In this document: piece by piece, positions 1 through 14,404 of the stretch
How the letters are laid out: every line of letters starts with the position of its first letter
Position numbering within the stretch: position 1 is the stretch's first letter
NCBI GenBank assembly: GCA_951406725.2
Contig: OX597818.1
Location: forward strand, 93,434,001-93,498,000
Reading direction: 5' to 3'
Length of the DNA stretch: 64,000 nucleotides
Origin: Octopus vulgaris
Lineage: Eukaryota
Notes under the pieces: generated by a model
The model's input: the letters and a program-made list of their open reading frames with translations, nothing else
What the model was told of the DNA's origin: nothing
The model's database searches: none
Made by a program: the position numbers and the translations under genes

Positions 1-1154
1 AGGTTTATTTATCACTTGAAATATATATGTAGTTGATTTGATTGTAATGTAAAAATATATGATTACTTTTCACTAGGGTCAACAGCATAGCAAGAACTTG
101 TTTATCAGTCCCAGAATTAGTGATCCCCCTCCCTAGATTTGAATTGAACTCAGAAAAACAGACCTAGATATTGTAATAATTTAGTTAAGCTACTTATTCA
201 GCACTCTTTTAACTGAGTTGATCTCAGTACAGTGTTGGTTTAAATTTTATAAGATCACTGTTAACTGACCCCCTGCAAGATTTAAACTCAGAGCTAAATA
301 CATCATGAAATTTTGTTCACATCATCTTCAGGATTCCAAGTTGATATAAAATATCAGCTACAGCTAACTGTATTAATGCCACAGTAGTATTCAAGCTTCC
401 TTAATTTGCACCATTTCTTTGTTGCTGTATTTCAAAATGTCAGGACTCATGAAAGTTTTATCTGTAGATGATTGATGTTTACTTCAGCTGGCAATTCTCC
501 AACAGACTCTTGCTAACCCTGAATATTAATAATCAATATATCTGCTACAGTGAGTGGTGCTGTTGGTATTATTTGGGAGCCTGACTTCAACTTTCACATA
601 TTGTGGATGTAAGAGTAAGGTGTTCATATAACACTACTTATTGAATGAATGGTCATAAGTTCCAACTACTGTTGTGTCCTGAGTGGATAAGACAGTTTAG
701 TTTTGGAAAATTTAGAAGAAAAGAAGCAGTATCGATCTTATGTTTTACCCTTGTTCAAAAATAGTCACTCCTCAGTTGAATATCTAGCCATATAGCAAGA
801 GAACAGGATTTTTGACCAGAGGAAAAATTTCCTGTTATGCAGAGATCCAGTTTCACTAATGCTTACATGGAAATGGATGTTGAGCTATACCAAGCCCTTA
901 TTTAATGTTTTCTTACTCCAAGGTTCACTGTTGTATTAAGAAACTTATCTATATTCTAGACTTGACAAACACATATGTTATGCCTTGACTGCCAACTACT
1001 ACATATTTATGTTATATAATTATGTAATCAGAAAAAAAGAAATGACTGAACTTCCATAGGTTAAAGTCGGTTGGTAGGTCAACAGGAAAGATTGTGTAGT
1101 GTAGAATCGGGAGGTATGATACAGTTATACCCTAGGTTTACTTAATCAGCGAAC

Positions 1155-2113
1155 ATATGATCAAAAAAAATTCCAGCAGTGACTGTTCTGTCTTTTGTCG
1201 GAGCATATAAGATAAATTTAAAAAGTATCTGGTCTTTGGGCATAAAAAGACAGTTTTGTACATTTTGCAAATTTTATTTTATCATTTTCAAAATATTCCC
1301 CTTGGGAGTTCCCACACTTTTCACAGCAGTTGTCACTACTGATGAACTACCATCTAGATTGATATGGAGCTCCACCGTCACTTAATTTTCTCTTGCAACT
1401 CAAACTGCTTGTCTTACAGTTTGGGGAAGAGCCAGAAGTCACATGGTGTCAAGTTGGGAGAGTAGGGAGCCTGTCGAACAGGTGGCGTGTTGTTTTTGAC
1501 CAGGAAAGCTTGGATTATAAGGTGTGTTCAAAAAGTGTTCAACTTCATTTTCATGCCAACACTCTCCACATGCACAAATCCTGTTGCAATGGAATGCACT
1601 GATCCTGTGCTTATTCCCACTCTGTGAATAGTTTCCTGGATTGTTGCATGACAGTTTTTTATGACTGTTTGCTGAACCATCTCAATCGGCACCTCGTTTC
1701 AGCTTGTGGATGACCTGCCCCAGATATGCCTTGCTCTCTACTGAAGTGTAGCCATGTTTGAAGCAGTTGTACCACTCCTTGATCTGAGTTTTGCCCATGG
1801 TATCATTGCCATCAAAGGCCTGCTGAGTCTTCTGGATGGTTTAAGCTTGAGTATCACTAAGCTTTTGGCAAAACTTGATGCCATATCTCTGCTTGATGCC
1901 CTTCAATCATCTTGCGTGAAAACGAAAATCTAACGAGCATGCACTACACATCTGTACGCTAGGCATAACAGCCAGGAACTGACGTGACCTACCTGTATGA
2001 AGATTTTCATGCATGCACAGGAAGGGTAGCATCACCTCCCACTCAAAGGATTTTTCACATGCATTAGTTTTGGCAGGGAAAAAAGTCATCAGATACTTTC
2101 TGAACACACCCCA
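1155..2113 (-). mobile_element. Degenerate mariner transposase remnant
   Basis: The minus strand encodes a mariner N-terminal HTH-like stretch (IKFCQKLSDTQA*TIQKTQQAF..IKEWYNCFKHG, ~1700-1880) and the C-terminal motif PYSPNLTPCDFWLFPK (~1420-1468). TIR-like GGTGTGTTCA(A/G)AAAGT occurs at ~1521 and inverted at ~2095-2110. Confidence 0.8.
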
Positions 2114-3910
2114 CATTGCTTTATATGACTAAATACATTTTCTTTTTCTTTTTTTTCTTTTAAGTGATAGAATGTAATATGAAAGTGATTTGGGTATTAT
2201 TTCTACTAAGCTTGATGAAGTGGGATAGATACATCAGGTGGGCTTAAATAGATGTTGTACTCAGCTTGTTAATTGAGAATAGCAGAAGCTGTTATACTGA
2301 AGGAAGAAGAGACACAAGAAACAGCATATCTATAAGCTAGTGATTATTGTGTGTTGGTATCTTTGCCAATCTGTTTTGATGGTATAATTGTTATGTGATC
2401 TAAAAAATGTGTGTATGTGTGAGCCAAAGCACTTGTTTTGGATATGTGATCCCAGGAGAGTATACAACATCGTACAAGACCAAATTGGTTTTTCATTATT
2501 CAAGACTCAGTCCACTTGGTCAACACCGAGTTTCATCTACATCCTTCAGCTTTTAAAAACATTTGAAGAAAATGCTTTCTGTTTTCATTTACTTCAGTTC
2601 AGTCATAATGGTGAAATGGTTGCAATCTCTCACTAGCAACATTATCCTTATACAGAAACAAAACTCTTGTTGACCTATAGTTAAAGCAAGGCTTGGGGAA
2701 GACTAACAGATATTAAAATGTAACTTAGAACTGGTATCTGTTATTGATCAGGAATTTAGGCTCTGACGTGCATCATAGTTCAAAAGTATTGGAAGTTTAA
2801 AGTATTTGGGGCAGGAGTTAGGCTTGTCAGTTACTCCGCTGCAATTAACTAAAATTGTATTCAGATTAAATTTCATTTTTGGTAACTAAATGATATTTGA
2901 TAAAGCATGACTGTCAAAACATCTTCCCTGTTTTTCTCTTAAATAATATAGCTCTGGCTTGGAATATTTAGTAATGTTGGCTAGAGTGGTGTCTAAGGGA
3001 GACAACTGTGTCATACACCTCTTCCTCTGAAAGTGAAGTTGTTTACGCCTGTTTCTTTCATTCCCAACGTTAATAATGGGTTCTAATATAACGTAGAGTC
3101 ACAAAAATTAGGAATGGAGTACTAGTAATTATTTATTTTTTAATTACTCAATTACTTGTTTTAAGATATTTCATAAAAGGTGATTCAATTGATTCAGTAT
3201 TTGACAGATCATCATTATCGTTTTTACATGCATCTTTTCTATGCTAGTAGATGCTCTGCTTGTTGCCAACCCATACCTGTTTTTCAAGTAAAGTATTCTT
3301 ATTCCTCTGATCTACAAACATGGCGAAACCATGAACTACACATTATTTATGAGAAATTTAAACATTATCACCACCTCTGCTCAAATAGCTACAATTCAAT
3401 GGCAAATAAACACAAACATGCATGCACATACATACACGTGATGAGCTTTTGTCAGTTTTTATCTACTAAGTTTCACCTCACACAGCTCCAGAAGACATTT
3501 GCTGGCACCATGGGCTGGTGTCTTCTATTATAGCCTTTGTCTAGCGAAAACCTTGTGAGTGGATTTGGTAGATGGAAACTGAAAGGAGCCTGTCGTGTAT
3601 GTGTGTGTATACTCGTCCTAGTTTTGACATTGCATTATAATTGTGAACAAGCCGTCATCATCATACAAGTGGCATTACTCATTTCCAGTTTTTCATGAAA
3701 ACGTGTTGGACCAAGAGGAAGTTTTAACTTATTTGGAAACAGCAAATGGTTGGCAACAGGAAAAGCATCAAGCTGTAAAAAAGATCTGCCTCGAAAAATT
3801 CCATCTGGCCTATGCTAGCATTGAAAAGTGAAGGTTAAAACAATGATGGTCAATATGATAACTCTACCATCTTAATAAATATTTTTCTTTTCTTTTTTTT
3901 ATGTTTTTAG

Positions 3911-4030
3911 GAAGAAGAAAAAGATGAAAGATTAAAACATGTCAACGAAGAACTGGAAAATCGTCCAGAATATTTGAAAGTTCATGCCAAAATTCACGCT
4001 AAAGTTGCTGCAAATGCAAAACTGGAATGA
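3911..4030 (+). CDS. Terminal coding exon, FAM107/DUF1151-like C-terminus (EEEKDERLKHVNEELENRPEYLKVHAKIHAKVAANAKLE*)
   Basis: A long polypyrimidine tract and TTTTAG acceptor end at 3910, followed by a phase-0 frame of 39 codons to TGA at 4028-4030. EELENRPEYLKV resembles the EEQENAPEFVKV tail of FAM107B as recalled. No upstream exon was recognised in the window. Confidence 0.65.
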   Translation, partial: EEEKDERLKHVNEELENRPEYLKVHAKIHAKVAANAKLE

Positions 4031-6110
4031 TCAATTGTTATTGATATTATTTTCATTATTGATATGATAATTTTTATCATTATTAACATTATTATTGGAT
4101 GACCATGAACACAAGCTTCTTTCTACTCCTAACTGCTGCCAACTTCTTTGGACAAGTTGAAGAGTTCTCAGTGCCAGTTGATCCCAAACAAGGAACCCCA
4201 CCAGTCATGTTACCAGTTGGTCCTGTACTGGATTCTCTTCATACTCGGCAGTCTACATCACAGATACTGATGTTGGTGCTTTTGTTGTTCATTTTGTGCA
4301 CCAGTTGCTTCAAATCTGCAAACAATCCAGGCCTGTATTTTGCAGCAACTTCCTAGCATCACTGCCATCATTTTCCCTGGACTAAACAAGGACCTTTATG
4401 GGATCAGCTGGTTACCTCAGTTGCACTCCCATCCCCCTTTCCATTGAAAAATCTGAAAATGTTCCAACAATTTCATGTGACTTAATTTTCTTGTAATTTT
4501 TCCCCTTTTTTTTATGTTTTACTTTAAAATCCCATCCCACCTCTCATTTGTTGATGTTATATCTCCATTTTCTTCCTTTATTTAGTTTAGAATAGATAGT
4601 AGCAATATGATAGTATATCTATTATTAGACTACCTACTTGTTAGTGGACTAAATTACTAATAGTTACCTATGCCGCCACCCCAATATCCAGTTTGGGAAT
4701 TTTTCAACAACACTCCAAACTGTCCACTTGTATTATTTATTTTAATTCTCTCCATATAGTTTAGGGTTTGTGTGTCTGTCAATTCATTGACTATTTTTCT
4801 AGATTCATATCTGTTCCATTGAGATTCATTTCCTGTAAATTGTTAATCTGCATGATGTGTGTCTGTATGGCTTCACTTATTATAGTACTTACAGATATCT
4901 GCCTGTAGTCAACTAACTGTTTCACTTCATTCACCATGTCACTGTCTCCATTCTTTTTCATGTCCCTGTGAAGCTTGCATGCCTTTGGTGCCTCAAAAGG
5001 AAAATTTGTACACGTATGAAAAATACATGATTAAATGAAAAAGAAAGAAAAATTTTTTTAAAGTTTGAGACAATGAATAAAACTTAAAAGCTATATATAT
5101 TTTTTTCTGCAAACTTAGTATGTAAATATACATATATATAGATATACTTTTAACCAGTGAAATTCTTTACCAGGCCAGTAATTTTTAACAAAATTTGTAT
5201 GCATAAAAACTGGTAGCAAACACAAGAACATACATATCTATATATATTAGATAAAACTAGAACTTGCCTTCTGCTCTATTCCGTTATATGGAAATTGGTG
5301 TCTGCATCTAATTCACAACTATGTAGTCAGACTTTGTCAATCAATGCAGATAAACTAGAAGCTTCTCTTGTGTGTGTTATATCAACAATCTCCTATTGCC
5401 TTTTCCAGCTGCAGTGTGATGCAAACCAATGATTGGTCTGTTTGTTTAGTACAATCATTCCTGACACCTCACCCTGCTTTTATCATTCAACTACATATAA
5501 TATATAATGTGTTGTCTGTATGATATATATAATATATATTATATATATACATATATATAAACAAACAAACACATCTTTCACCTTTTCTATATATTTTTCA
5601 TACAATAGTAGAAAAAAATCTCATGCTAAGTGAAGTGCAAGGCCCAGTTTTGATTTCCTTTTGGTGCCATGTTAACTCACTTTCTCCATTAATCCCCTGA
5701 CGAAAGACACCACATCTCAACCCCACTAACCTCCTCTTTTAAAATGTGGCACTTTGTGCCTCACAGTAAGGAATCGTATTTCATACTCTTACAAACTGGT
5801 AGTAATTTTCTACTAGAATTTTTTGAAGTGAAAACCAGAAGTTGTTAAATCATTATTTTTGGAATCTGAATATTTAGCAAGTTTCTCTTTAATATAATTA
5901 CTAAATTACTTGTCTCATTGCAAGAGCAAGAGAGACAGTAACCGGGAGATGCAAGATAGCAATTTGAGATGGGACAAAACATCTTTAGATGCCATGTAAA
6001 TAACAAATGGTCAATAGCAAATGGTTTCTTTTTCTCTCCCCTTTGTACATTCTCCCTGCATATATTTTATTATGAAAGCATTTAGAGAAATAAAATTTCA
6101 AAAGTGACAT
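4031..6110 (+). other. Putative 3' UTR of the 3911-4030 gene
   Basis: About 2 kb nearly free of the interspersed repeats that fill the rest of the window. AATAAA occurs at 5076-5081 and 6089-6094. Confidence 0.45.
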
Positions 6111-8064
6111 TATGGATTTAGCTGAGTATTACTTTTGTTCTTTGGTTCAGTTAGAGCATAATAGCAATACGATAAGGTCTTAATTATAACATTAATTTGT
6201 TATAAAACTCAACTGACTTTCACCAATAACATCAGACTGTCTTATACATGCAAAAAAAAAAAAAAAAAAGACAATACCTTGCAGCTGTTTTTCTTCAAAT
6301 TTTCATATTTTCCAACATTATGACAATCTCATATTAAAATAAAACAAATTCTCATCTTCCAAACATGTAGTGCTAAAACAGTCCAAAAGTTGTAACTGTC
6401 AATTGTTCTGTATCTGTTGACTGCAATGTTGATCAGTTATTATTGTTTGTTCACTGCAATATCAGTCTTTTCCCTGTCTTTTCATTGCAATATCAGTTTA
6501 TTCTTGTCTGTTCACTGCAATATCAATCAGCTAGTTTCTATATATTGAAAGCACATATATTTCAAACACTGTTTAACTGAAAGTAACTGAACTACTCACA
6601 ACTTAGAGGCGAAACAGTCCTTTTGCCAGCTACATACTGGAAATGACAATGATTTATACCCATGACAAAAATATAGCTTTTCTCTCTCTCTCTCTCTCTC
6701 TCTAATGCTTTCTGTCTCTCTGATTCTGTGTCACTTTCTCACTATCATTCATGAAGCCAACTAAAGTTACATACTACATCTATCTCACTTTAACTGAAGC
6801 TAGCTTTTCCTCTATATTCAGTTTACACTAATCCTTACTTTTCCCATTACCATTCTCCTGTGATTCTGCTAGGATCTCACCACAAACTCATGACATAAAA
6901 GTCCCACCTCCACTAACTTGAGCCAACGAGAGAGCCTCTTTATGTTGCTGGAAATAGCAGCTAAATCTCCCTCAAATCACACCCTACTGTCTTAAAAATG
7001 CAAATGACACGTTAGATAATGTGATATTAGATACCTCTGCCAAGATGGAATGATCACAGCTGGAATTCCTTTGATCAAAGGTCTGCTGAATCAGAGTTGG
7101 CTTGGGGTTAAACAACTACAAAATCTACACCCACCACTATAATTATAATTCATGGAACTCTCCCCCTTTTACTTTTCATGGCTCCCTAATATTTTTATTG
7201 TTTGAAATGTCTCCCTTCATGACTACTGTATATTGCCTTCCTACAACATGAACTTTTTCTGAATTAGACCATGATATGAGCCTGACCATATTTGGTCATT
7301 GCAATTTTGGCCGAGGAAGATAAATGCTTTCCTTAAATCTTCTCTCATTTTCCAATAGTTTTCATGATGGAGAAGTCTTGGACTACTTCTACCCAACAAT
7401 CCACACGGTGAAAAATCACACAGTCCATGTTGTTGATTCTACCTGCATTGACTATCTCCTATTGTCAGCTTAATGATGTGGCAGGGATCTCAAAATAGAA
7501 TAATTTGCATCAGATCAGAACGCATTCCAAGAATGGACACACATACAAACACGTATACACCAGTTTTGGCAGGAATTAATGCTGTTCTAGCCCCACCATA
7601 AGGAGAGGATATATATAACTAGGCTAATGCTTCATACTTCTTCTGTTGAACTCACTCATGCACGCTGCTCATATTCATTAACTTCACATTTGTGGCTTGC
7701 TTCTCTATCTTCAAATTCGCACTATCTCTAATCATGTGATCGACACTGACTCCAGATTATTATCCAAATACTTTTGTCTCCTGATATGTGACCTATTCTT
7801 AACTACTGGCAAATAACTATCTGCTTCATGTTTAAACTTTTTTTTTTTTTGACAGTGTGTTTAACTGAGTTGCTTTTTGAACAGCAGTGGTGTCTCTTAT
7901 GTGCAGGACACATTTCACTGTTGTTAAGTTACATTAAATGAATTCCCAATGAATACTTCTTTGGGGAACAGTTCTCTCACTGACTCCTTTCTATTCATTG
8001 ATCCCTCCATTCCAGTGTTAGACCTAGAGCTAGACAATTCTATAAGGGAGACTTACAATATCAA

Positions 8065-8178
8065 AAACATTGCCAGATCAGACTGGGCCTGGTGCAGCCT
8101 TCTGGCTTCCCAGACCCCAGTTGAACCATCCAACCCATGCTAGCATGGAAAGCAGACGCTAAACGATGATGATGATGA
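8065..8178 (+). mobile_element. Repeat family ending in a (GAT)n tail (probable RTE-type LINE/SINE 3' end)
   Basis: Sequence CCAGATCAGACTGG...CCATGCTAGCATGGAAAGCAGACGCTAAAC(GAT)n. Opposite-orientation copies lie at ~29030-29120, 30470-30720, 30750-30945, 40665-40925, 42730-43060, 45353-45655, 58340-58520 and 61632-61895. Confidence 0.6.
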
Positions 8179-10074
8179 TATTTGTTTGTTTAATCATATA
8201 AAAACAATTTAACATTAAAGTGAAGGATCACTCGATACTTTTTAGTGAGGTAATTACTAAATTTTACCAGGAAGACGTTGACTGACTTTGAAATTTTGGT
8301 TTACCAACAGCTGTCAAACTCTTTGATACTGTCATAGTCAACCTTTTCCTTGTAAAAATTGTGTATGTGTTGGCTTGAATTAAGGAATTAGCTTTTAAAA
8401 TTCATAGATGCTGCTCACAATATATCTACATATGTTACCTAGTGTACGGCATTTTCATTCACTTTCTAGTGAGTCATGAACTTAAATTGATATATGGAGA
8501 TATGGTTATATCATTGAATAGTTCGTCTGGGATGTGGTTCCATGTCATCTCTTTAATGTAGTACATAATGCCTGCTACCACAACTGGGTAGGATAATATC
8601 CTTCGGTGAATTTATAATTCATACCCAATAAGTCAGTCAAAAGTAGTTTTCTGGTTTAATTTTGTGTATGTGTATGTATGATTTTTCCTGTGATGCACCT
8701 GGACACATTAGTAGTAATGTTTCTTGGGGGTCATTCGGTGTTTCAGGTCCTTTTCAACATCAGGTGCCCTTCCCCAGGCAACCCAGCTGGGGTTAATTAA
8801 GCTCCAGCTTGTGTCCGGTTAGCACTAAAGCTACTAGTATTTTAAGCTTTATAAAACATATACATGTATCAGAATATTGGCTGAGATTATTATGCTAGAC
8901 AATTAACCAGATTCTGCAATACTATCAAAATCACCTCCAGCATTCATTGCAAAAAAATTCATACGTACGTACATACATACATCTGTGAGTGTGGATGTTA
9001 TTTTATATAATTCTCCATGCACAAATATTACCTTTCAGTGAGAGAGCTGATCTTCGTTGAATTTTGGAATTAGATTGAGGTTTTTTTTTTTTTTCTAACA
9101 ATGACACATGCATCTAAATTAATTTAAAGTTATGGCTTCTATGACCTGTGCCTTGTGGAACTCGGTATTCACTTTTTTTCTTTCTTTTAAGTAGCCAGTG
9201 CCAAGAGCCATACAGTAGGACACTATACACCCCACCCCACCCACCCCTGCTAAAACTGCTATTTGACAGCAACTCTATTCTCAGTTAAACTATTGTTTGG
9301 AAGAAATCCATCCAAAAAGAGAGTAAAAAAGCATTTTTAGTATTCATATGTCGCATTTATATATTTTTGTCTTCAGATTTCTATATGCAGTAATGGATGT
9401 CCTCCCTTGTTTCCTGTCCTAACACTATATATGTCAACTAACTGCTATATAATATAAAAATAAGACTCTTAGAGTCATACTTTGGTCAATAGCAGTTCAG
9501 TAGTAGTTTAACATCATCTTTTTTTTTTCTGTGTTCCTTTTCATCTTTCTGCTAGTCTCTCTGTATATATATGTATGTATGTGTGTGTGTGCATGTGTTT
9601 ATCTATTTTTCTATCTTTCTGTCTTTGTCTCTTTCTACAAGCATTTGTCCACCTGTCTCTGTGCATACCACTCAAGCTCTCTATGTGAGCATGTATATAC
9701 ACCTGTCTGTATGTCTCTCTCTTTCTCTCTCCATATGTGTGTATGTGTGTGTGTGTTGTACAATGAAATAGACACCTACCTGGGGTAGTAGTTCTGTTAA
9801 CTAAAAGGGTCACTGTATGCAGCATGCTTACTCTGGAAGTACTTGCTGCTGTTAACAGTGGCCACAACTGTCAGTATCATCATCAGTTTCCATAATTCTG
9901 ACAACAATCACAGAAAAAAAACAATAAAGTCATATTTCCAATATTAAACACTTTCTCTCTTTTGTCATTTATTTTTCTGTTATTTTCTTCTCTGTTTTCT
10001 CTTTTTAATCCCCCCGCCTCCCTGTTATCTTCATAAAAATGTGAAGACACTGCCATACACCACAACACTAAACT

Positions 10075-11147
10075 CTGCTACCACTCTGAAATGTCAGTTT
10101 TGACCTCCTCCTGGCTTGCGAAAGTTATGTCACCCCAAATGATTCTGTAAACTATGAAACAAATGGTAACCTGAAGGAGCAAGGTCGGGAGAATAAGGTG
10201 GATGAGGAATTTTTTCCCAACCAAGCTCTTTGATCTTCTGTGATGTGATCTTTGCAGTGTGGTGTTGCGCATTGTCCTGATGAAACATCACTCCTTTTCA
10301 ATTCACTAAAGCGGGTCTTTTTTTTCTTCAAAGCTTGGTTCAAACGCTCTAATTGCTGACAGTAGACTTGAGTATTGATTGTTGCATTAGGTGGTAACAA
10401 TTCAAAGTGAATTACTCCTTTGCAATCTCACCAGATAGAGAGAAGAACTTTTTTCCCATGAAATTCCCTTCTTGATTGTGGTTGAACTTTTTCCCCTTTA
10501 CCAAGCCACTGTTTACGACGTTTAACATTTCGATAGAAGATCCATTTTTCGTCACCAGTCACATATCTATCCAAAAAGAGTGAAATGAGTTCGCGTGAAT
10601 GGAGAGAAAAGCAGATGTCAACTTGGGATTTGCGGTTGCTTTCAGACAATTCATGAGGCAACCATTTTCCAAGTTTAGGAACCTTTCCAAGTTGTTGAAG
10701 ATGACGATGAACAGTTTTATGGTTTGAACTAAGCTTTGTTGCTAATTCTTCTACTGATAATGCAGGATTTTCTTGAAGTAATGCCTCAAGGAGTTTATCA
10801 AACTCAACTGGATGTCCTGTTCGATCTTCATCTCCAAGGCTGAAATCTCCACTTCTGAATTTTGCAAACCATCTTCTGCAAGTTCTTTCATTCAAGCATT
10901 CTTTCCCATAAACTGAGTGTATGTTTCAAGTCGCTTTGGCTGCAGAGTTTCCCTTTTTATACGCATAAAGCATTACGTGCCTCAAATGCTCTTTGCATAC
11001 TTCAATGTGAGAAAGGGTTTTAATCAGAGAAATTTTAATTCTAGTATTCTGTAAAATAATATCCAATTAGTTTAAATGTGCACATATTAAATTTCATTCA
11101 ATTTTAAAAAAGGTAAAATCAAACAGAACTTATGGGATGACCTGATA
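10075..11147 (-). mobile_element. Mariner (Mos1-like DD34D) element, transposase pseudogene, 3'-truncated
   Basis: Frameshifted reading gives EHLRHVMLYAYKKGNSAAKAT*..NERTCRRWFAKF..GKWLPHEL..VTGDEKW..HQDNA..YSPDLAPSGYHLF. A terminal TIR-like TATCAGGTCATCCCATAAGTTC (minus) lies at ~11126-11147. Confidence 0.9.
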
Positions 11148-12928
11148 TTTCATCTTAACAGCTAAGGGAAATAATCCATTCGCCAAGATTTTAACAGCCA
11201 AGGGAAATAACTCATTCATTTTCCTAAATCATTTGGTATAAATCAAATTGAGTATTCTTATTTCTTAGTATTTGAACTGTTAGAGTTATTTTCGCAATTT
11301 ATCCAGTACAACCATTAAACAAGTAAATAAATAGTTTCTTAAACAATAAATCCACTTATTTCAGTTAGTGACATATTCACGAATATACGAACACTTGTGC
11401 CACTGAGGGTAATATTCTCTGGGAATGCATGAAAGCCCTTTTCAGAGTTACTTAATTGAAATTGTTATCTCATATCTGAGTTGCCTGTTATTACATGAGT
11501 TGCTTCACGATTTCAGTATACATACCTTATTAGTATTTCCTCCTAAACTCTATATACTCTGTGAACACATTAAAGACTTTTGGGGGGCCACTTTATTTGA
11601 ATTCTTGCTATCGGGTAACTAATTTCATGTTATTACATAACTGACTTCACAATTTGGGTATTCATAACTTATTGGGAATTCCTAAAAGCAAGATCCCATA
11701 TAAAACAGTTTGGTATCCTCTGTAAATGCACAAAAACCGTTTTAAGGGATACATACTTTGTATTGTTGTTATTGGATTAGCAAAACAATTGTGAGAATGA
11801 AACCAAGGGATAAGCCCCGCTTTCACGGGAATTACTGGGTACGTCAGCTAGTATATATGTATATATATATATATAATTAATTCATAGTATTTTCTCAGTT
11901 TGCCTGAGTAACATTACAAACAAGCAGGATTCAATCTGACTTCCAATGTATTATTATACTACCCGTGACCCATTGAGTCACAGGGAAACTCTGAATTTCC
12001 CAGCAATAGAGTATTGTTTCGTGGGATGGAAAGATTTGGCTGCTATTTCTTGCATGCCCTGCCACTATGTAACAGGTATTTTGGATCCTTTATTGCAAAT
12101 AGCTGTTACGTGATAGCAGGGCATGCTAGAAATACCAGCCAAATATTTGGAGAGGAGATATGCTGAACGCACTCGGAAAAAACTATTTCACAGAACGGGT
12201 CTATGAAATATATACCACATTTTTAAAGTCATTTTCACTTTGGAATATTTTTCAAATATGCCCCGAAAATGTTTGTAATGGTATTCACTTGAAAATAATT
12301 TTGAAAAAACATTAAAACATTGTTTAAAGAAAGCTAAAATATGCATATTGTACAGACAGCTTACATTTTTGAAATCATATACATTTAAAAACTTGATTAA
12401 AACACTGTGTTTAACAAAAGGGAAATAGAATTTGTAAAAAAAATTAATTTCTTTTCGTTGTCAACTCACTGTCTAATAGAAAGATAAGAGTTTCTTCCCT
12501 TCCAGAATGAAGACTAGTTTCAGAACATTTTCTTATTACGCATCGTTTTGGGTATTTATACCCTGAATATCTCTAATATCTTGAAAACTATTGATTTACG
12601 CGAAACTTGTTTCATTCAATTCATATTAACATTTCAGGGTAAACTTAATTCATCGTATTTTCCTATTATGCGCCAGTTTCGTGGATTAACATTACAAGCA
12701 AGCAAGATTGAAACTGACTTTTAATGTATTATAAATAGATAGATTATTGTGGCTGGAGAGAGTCATTCTCTTTTAGTGCTTTATTATTTAACACACTCAC
12801 CGGTTTGATTTTCACTCATTCATCTATTTATTTTTTTCTAAAATTTTCAATTGAAAGGTTGCAAACCACAACAAAAATTTTAGAAAAAAAATTATAATAA
12901 TAATAATAATATATATATATATATATAA

Positions 12929-13040
12929 AGGAGCAGGAGTGGCTGTGTGGCAAGTAGCTTGTTTACCAACAACATGGTTCCGGGTTCGGTCTTACTGCGT
13001 GACACATTGGTAGAAACTGAAAGAAGCCCGTCGTGTATTC

Positions 13041-13045
<5 letters not shown>
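12929..13045 (+). mobile_element. tRNA-SINE family A, internally deleted 5' half (3' half at 16310-16525)
   Basis: GCAGGAGTGGCTGTGTGG...GGTTCCGGGTTC...GAAACTGAAAGAAGCCCGTCG matches the head of the full copies at 26166, 40235, 46949, 50089 and 53226. Confidence 0.8.
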
Positions 13046-13075
<30 letters not shown>

Positions 13076-13339
13076 CAAGGATACCCACCTACACTGGTCT
13101 TCAATGCCGTCGCATCGACCGCACCACCGCCCTTTCTCCTTCCTCTCACCCACCCCCAACCGCACCCCCTTTCCCTTCCTTTTCCACCCCTCTACTCTAC
13201 CCCTTCGTTGGAAGATACTACGTGCCTTCCGTCGCCTCCAGCTCGATCCCACGATCCGCCCCATTTTCCCCAACCCACCCCTGTCCTCCTGGTCCATAGC
13301 ACCCTCTCTTCTTCCCTCTCAGCCCCACATGGATCATTC

Positions 13340-13744
13340 CCGTGCTCTAGATCCTGCTGCAACACCTGCCCCTTCATCACCAACACCACTGCTGTCACCG
13401 GTTCCAACCAGCGAACTGTACGTATCAGACATTCTTTTACGTGCACTTCGTCTGGCCTCATATACTGCATTAAATGCAACCTCTGCAGAATGCTGTATAT
13501 AGGACAGACGGGACGCCGGTTGTCAGACCGATTCGCCGAACACCTAAGGGATGTCCGTCTACGGTCCTTTTCTCCCATCGCACGTCACTTCCGCTCGGCC
13601 AGTCATTCCCCCGATGACATCTCTGTGTTTGGTCTCGCCCCACACAATGGTCCTCCACAATCCATGCTTCACTTGGAGCAACGTTTCATCTTCACTCTAC
13701 AAACCAATACCCCACATGGACTCAACACAGCCCCCTCCTCTTAG
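13340..13744 (+). pseudogene. PLE GIY-YIG endonuclease domain
   Basis: LIY...YIG motifs, catalytic R and E, and flanking Cys/His residues within ORF 12947-13744. Confidence 0.85.
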
Positions 13745-13794
13745 TGATTGCGCTCCACCTCTCTCTCTCCCACCCCCTTTTTTTTATCCTTATA

Positions 13795-14372
13795 CAGAAA
13801 CACACACACACACATACTCACGTATCCACGAACACACCCTCCAACACACCTACTTCCAACACACCACACACATACAACCTACACGCACATGTACGCACAC
13901 ATACTTCCACACCTATACACTCACCCACACACACCCACGCGCACACACACATGCCTGTGCACACACATCAACAAACAATACTCATACAGATACGCACACC
14001 TTTATAAACACCTAGCAGAGACACACACATACACGCACATCACGCGCATGTACATTACGCCCACATAACTCCAGAGGAAGCCCCACGCACATGCGCATAC
14101 ATTCACACACACACACACATACATACGTACACACACATACATACATACATTCATACATACATACACACACACAAACATACACATACACACATACATACAC
14201 ACACACAAACATACACATACACACATACACATACACACACACATACATACACACAAACACATACATACACACACACATATGCACATACACATATACATAC
14301 ACACATACATACACACATACATACATACACGCATGCACACATACATACATACACACACACATACACGCATGC

Positions 14373-14404
<32 letters not shown>

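Noticed and set aside
4099-4356. 85-aa ORF with hydrophobic N-terminus
   Set aside because: Lies in the putative 3' UTR just after the stop, with no recognisable homology.
8725-8772. Minus-strand CTGATGT..GAAAC motif
   Set aside because: Core and cleavage triplet are both broken; too degenerate to count.
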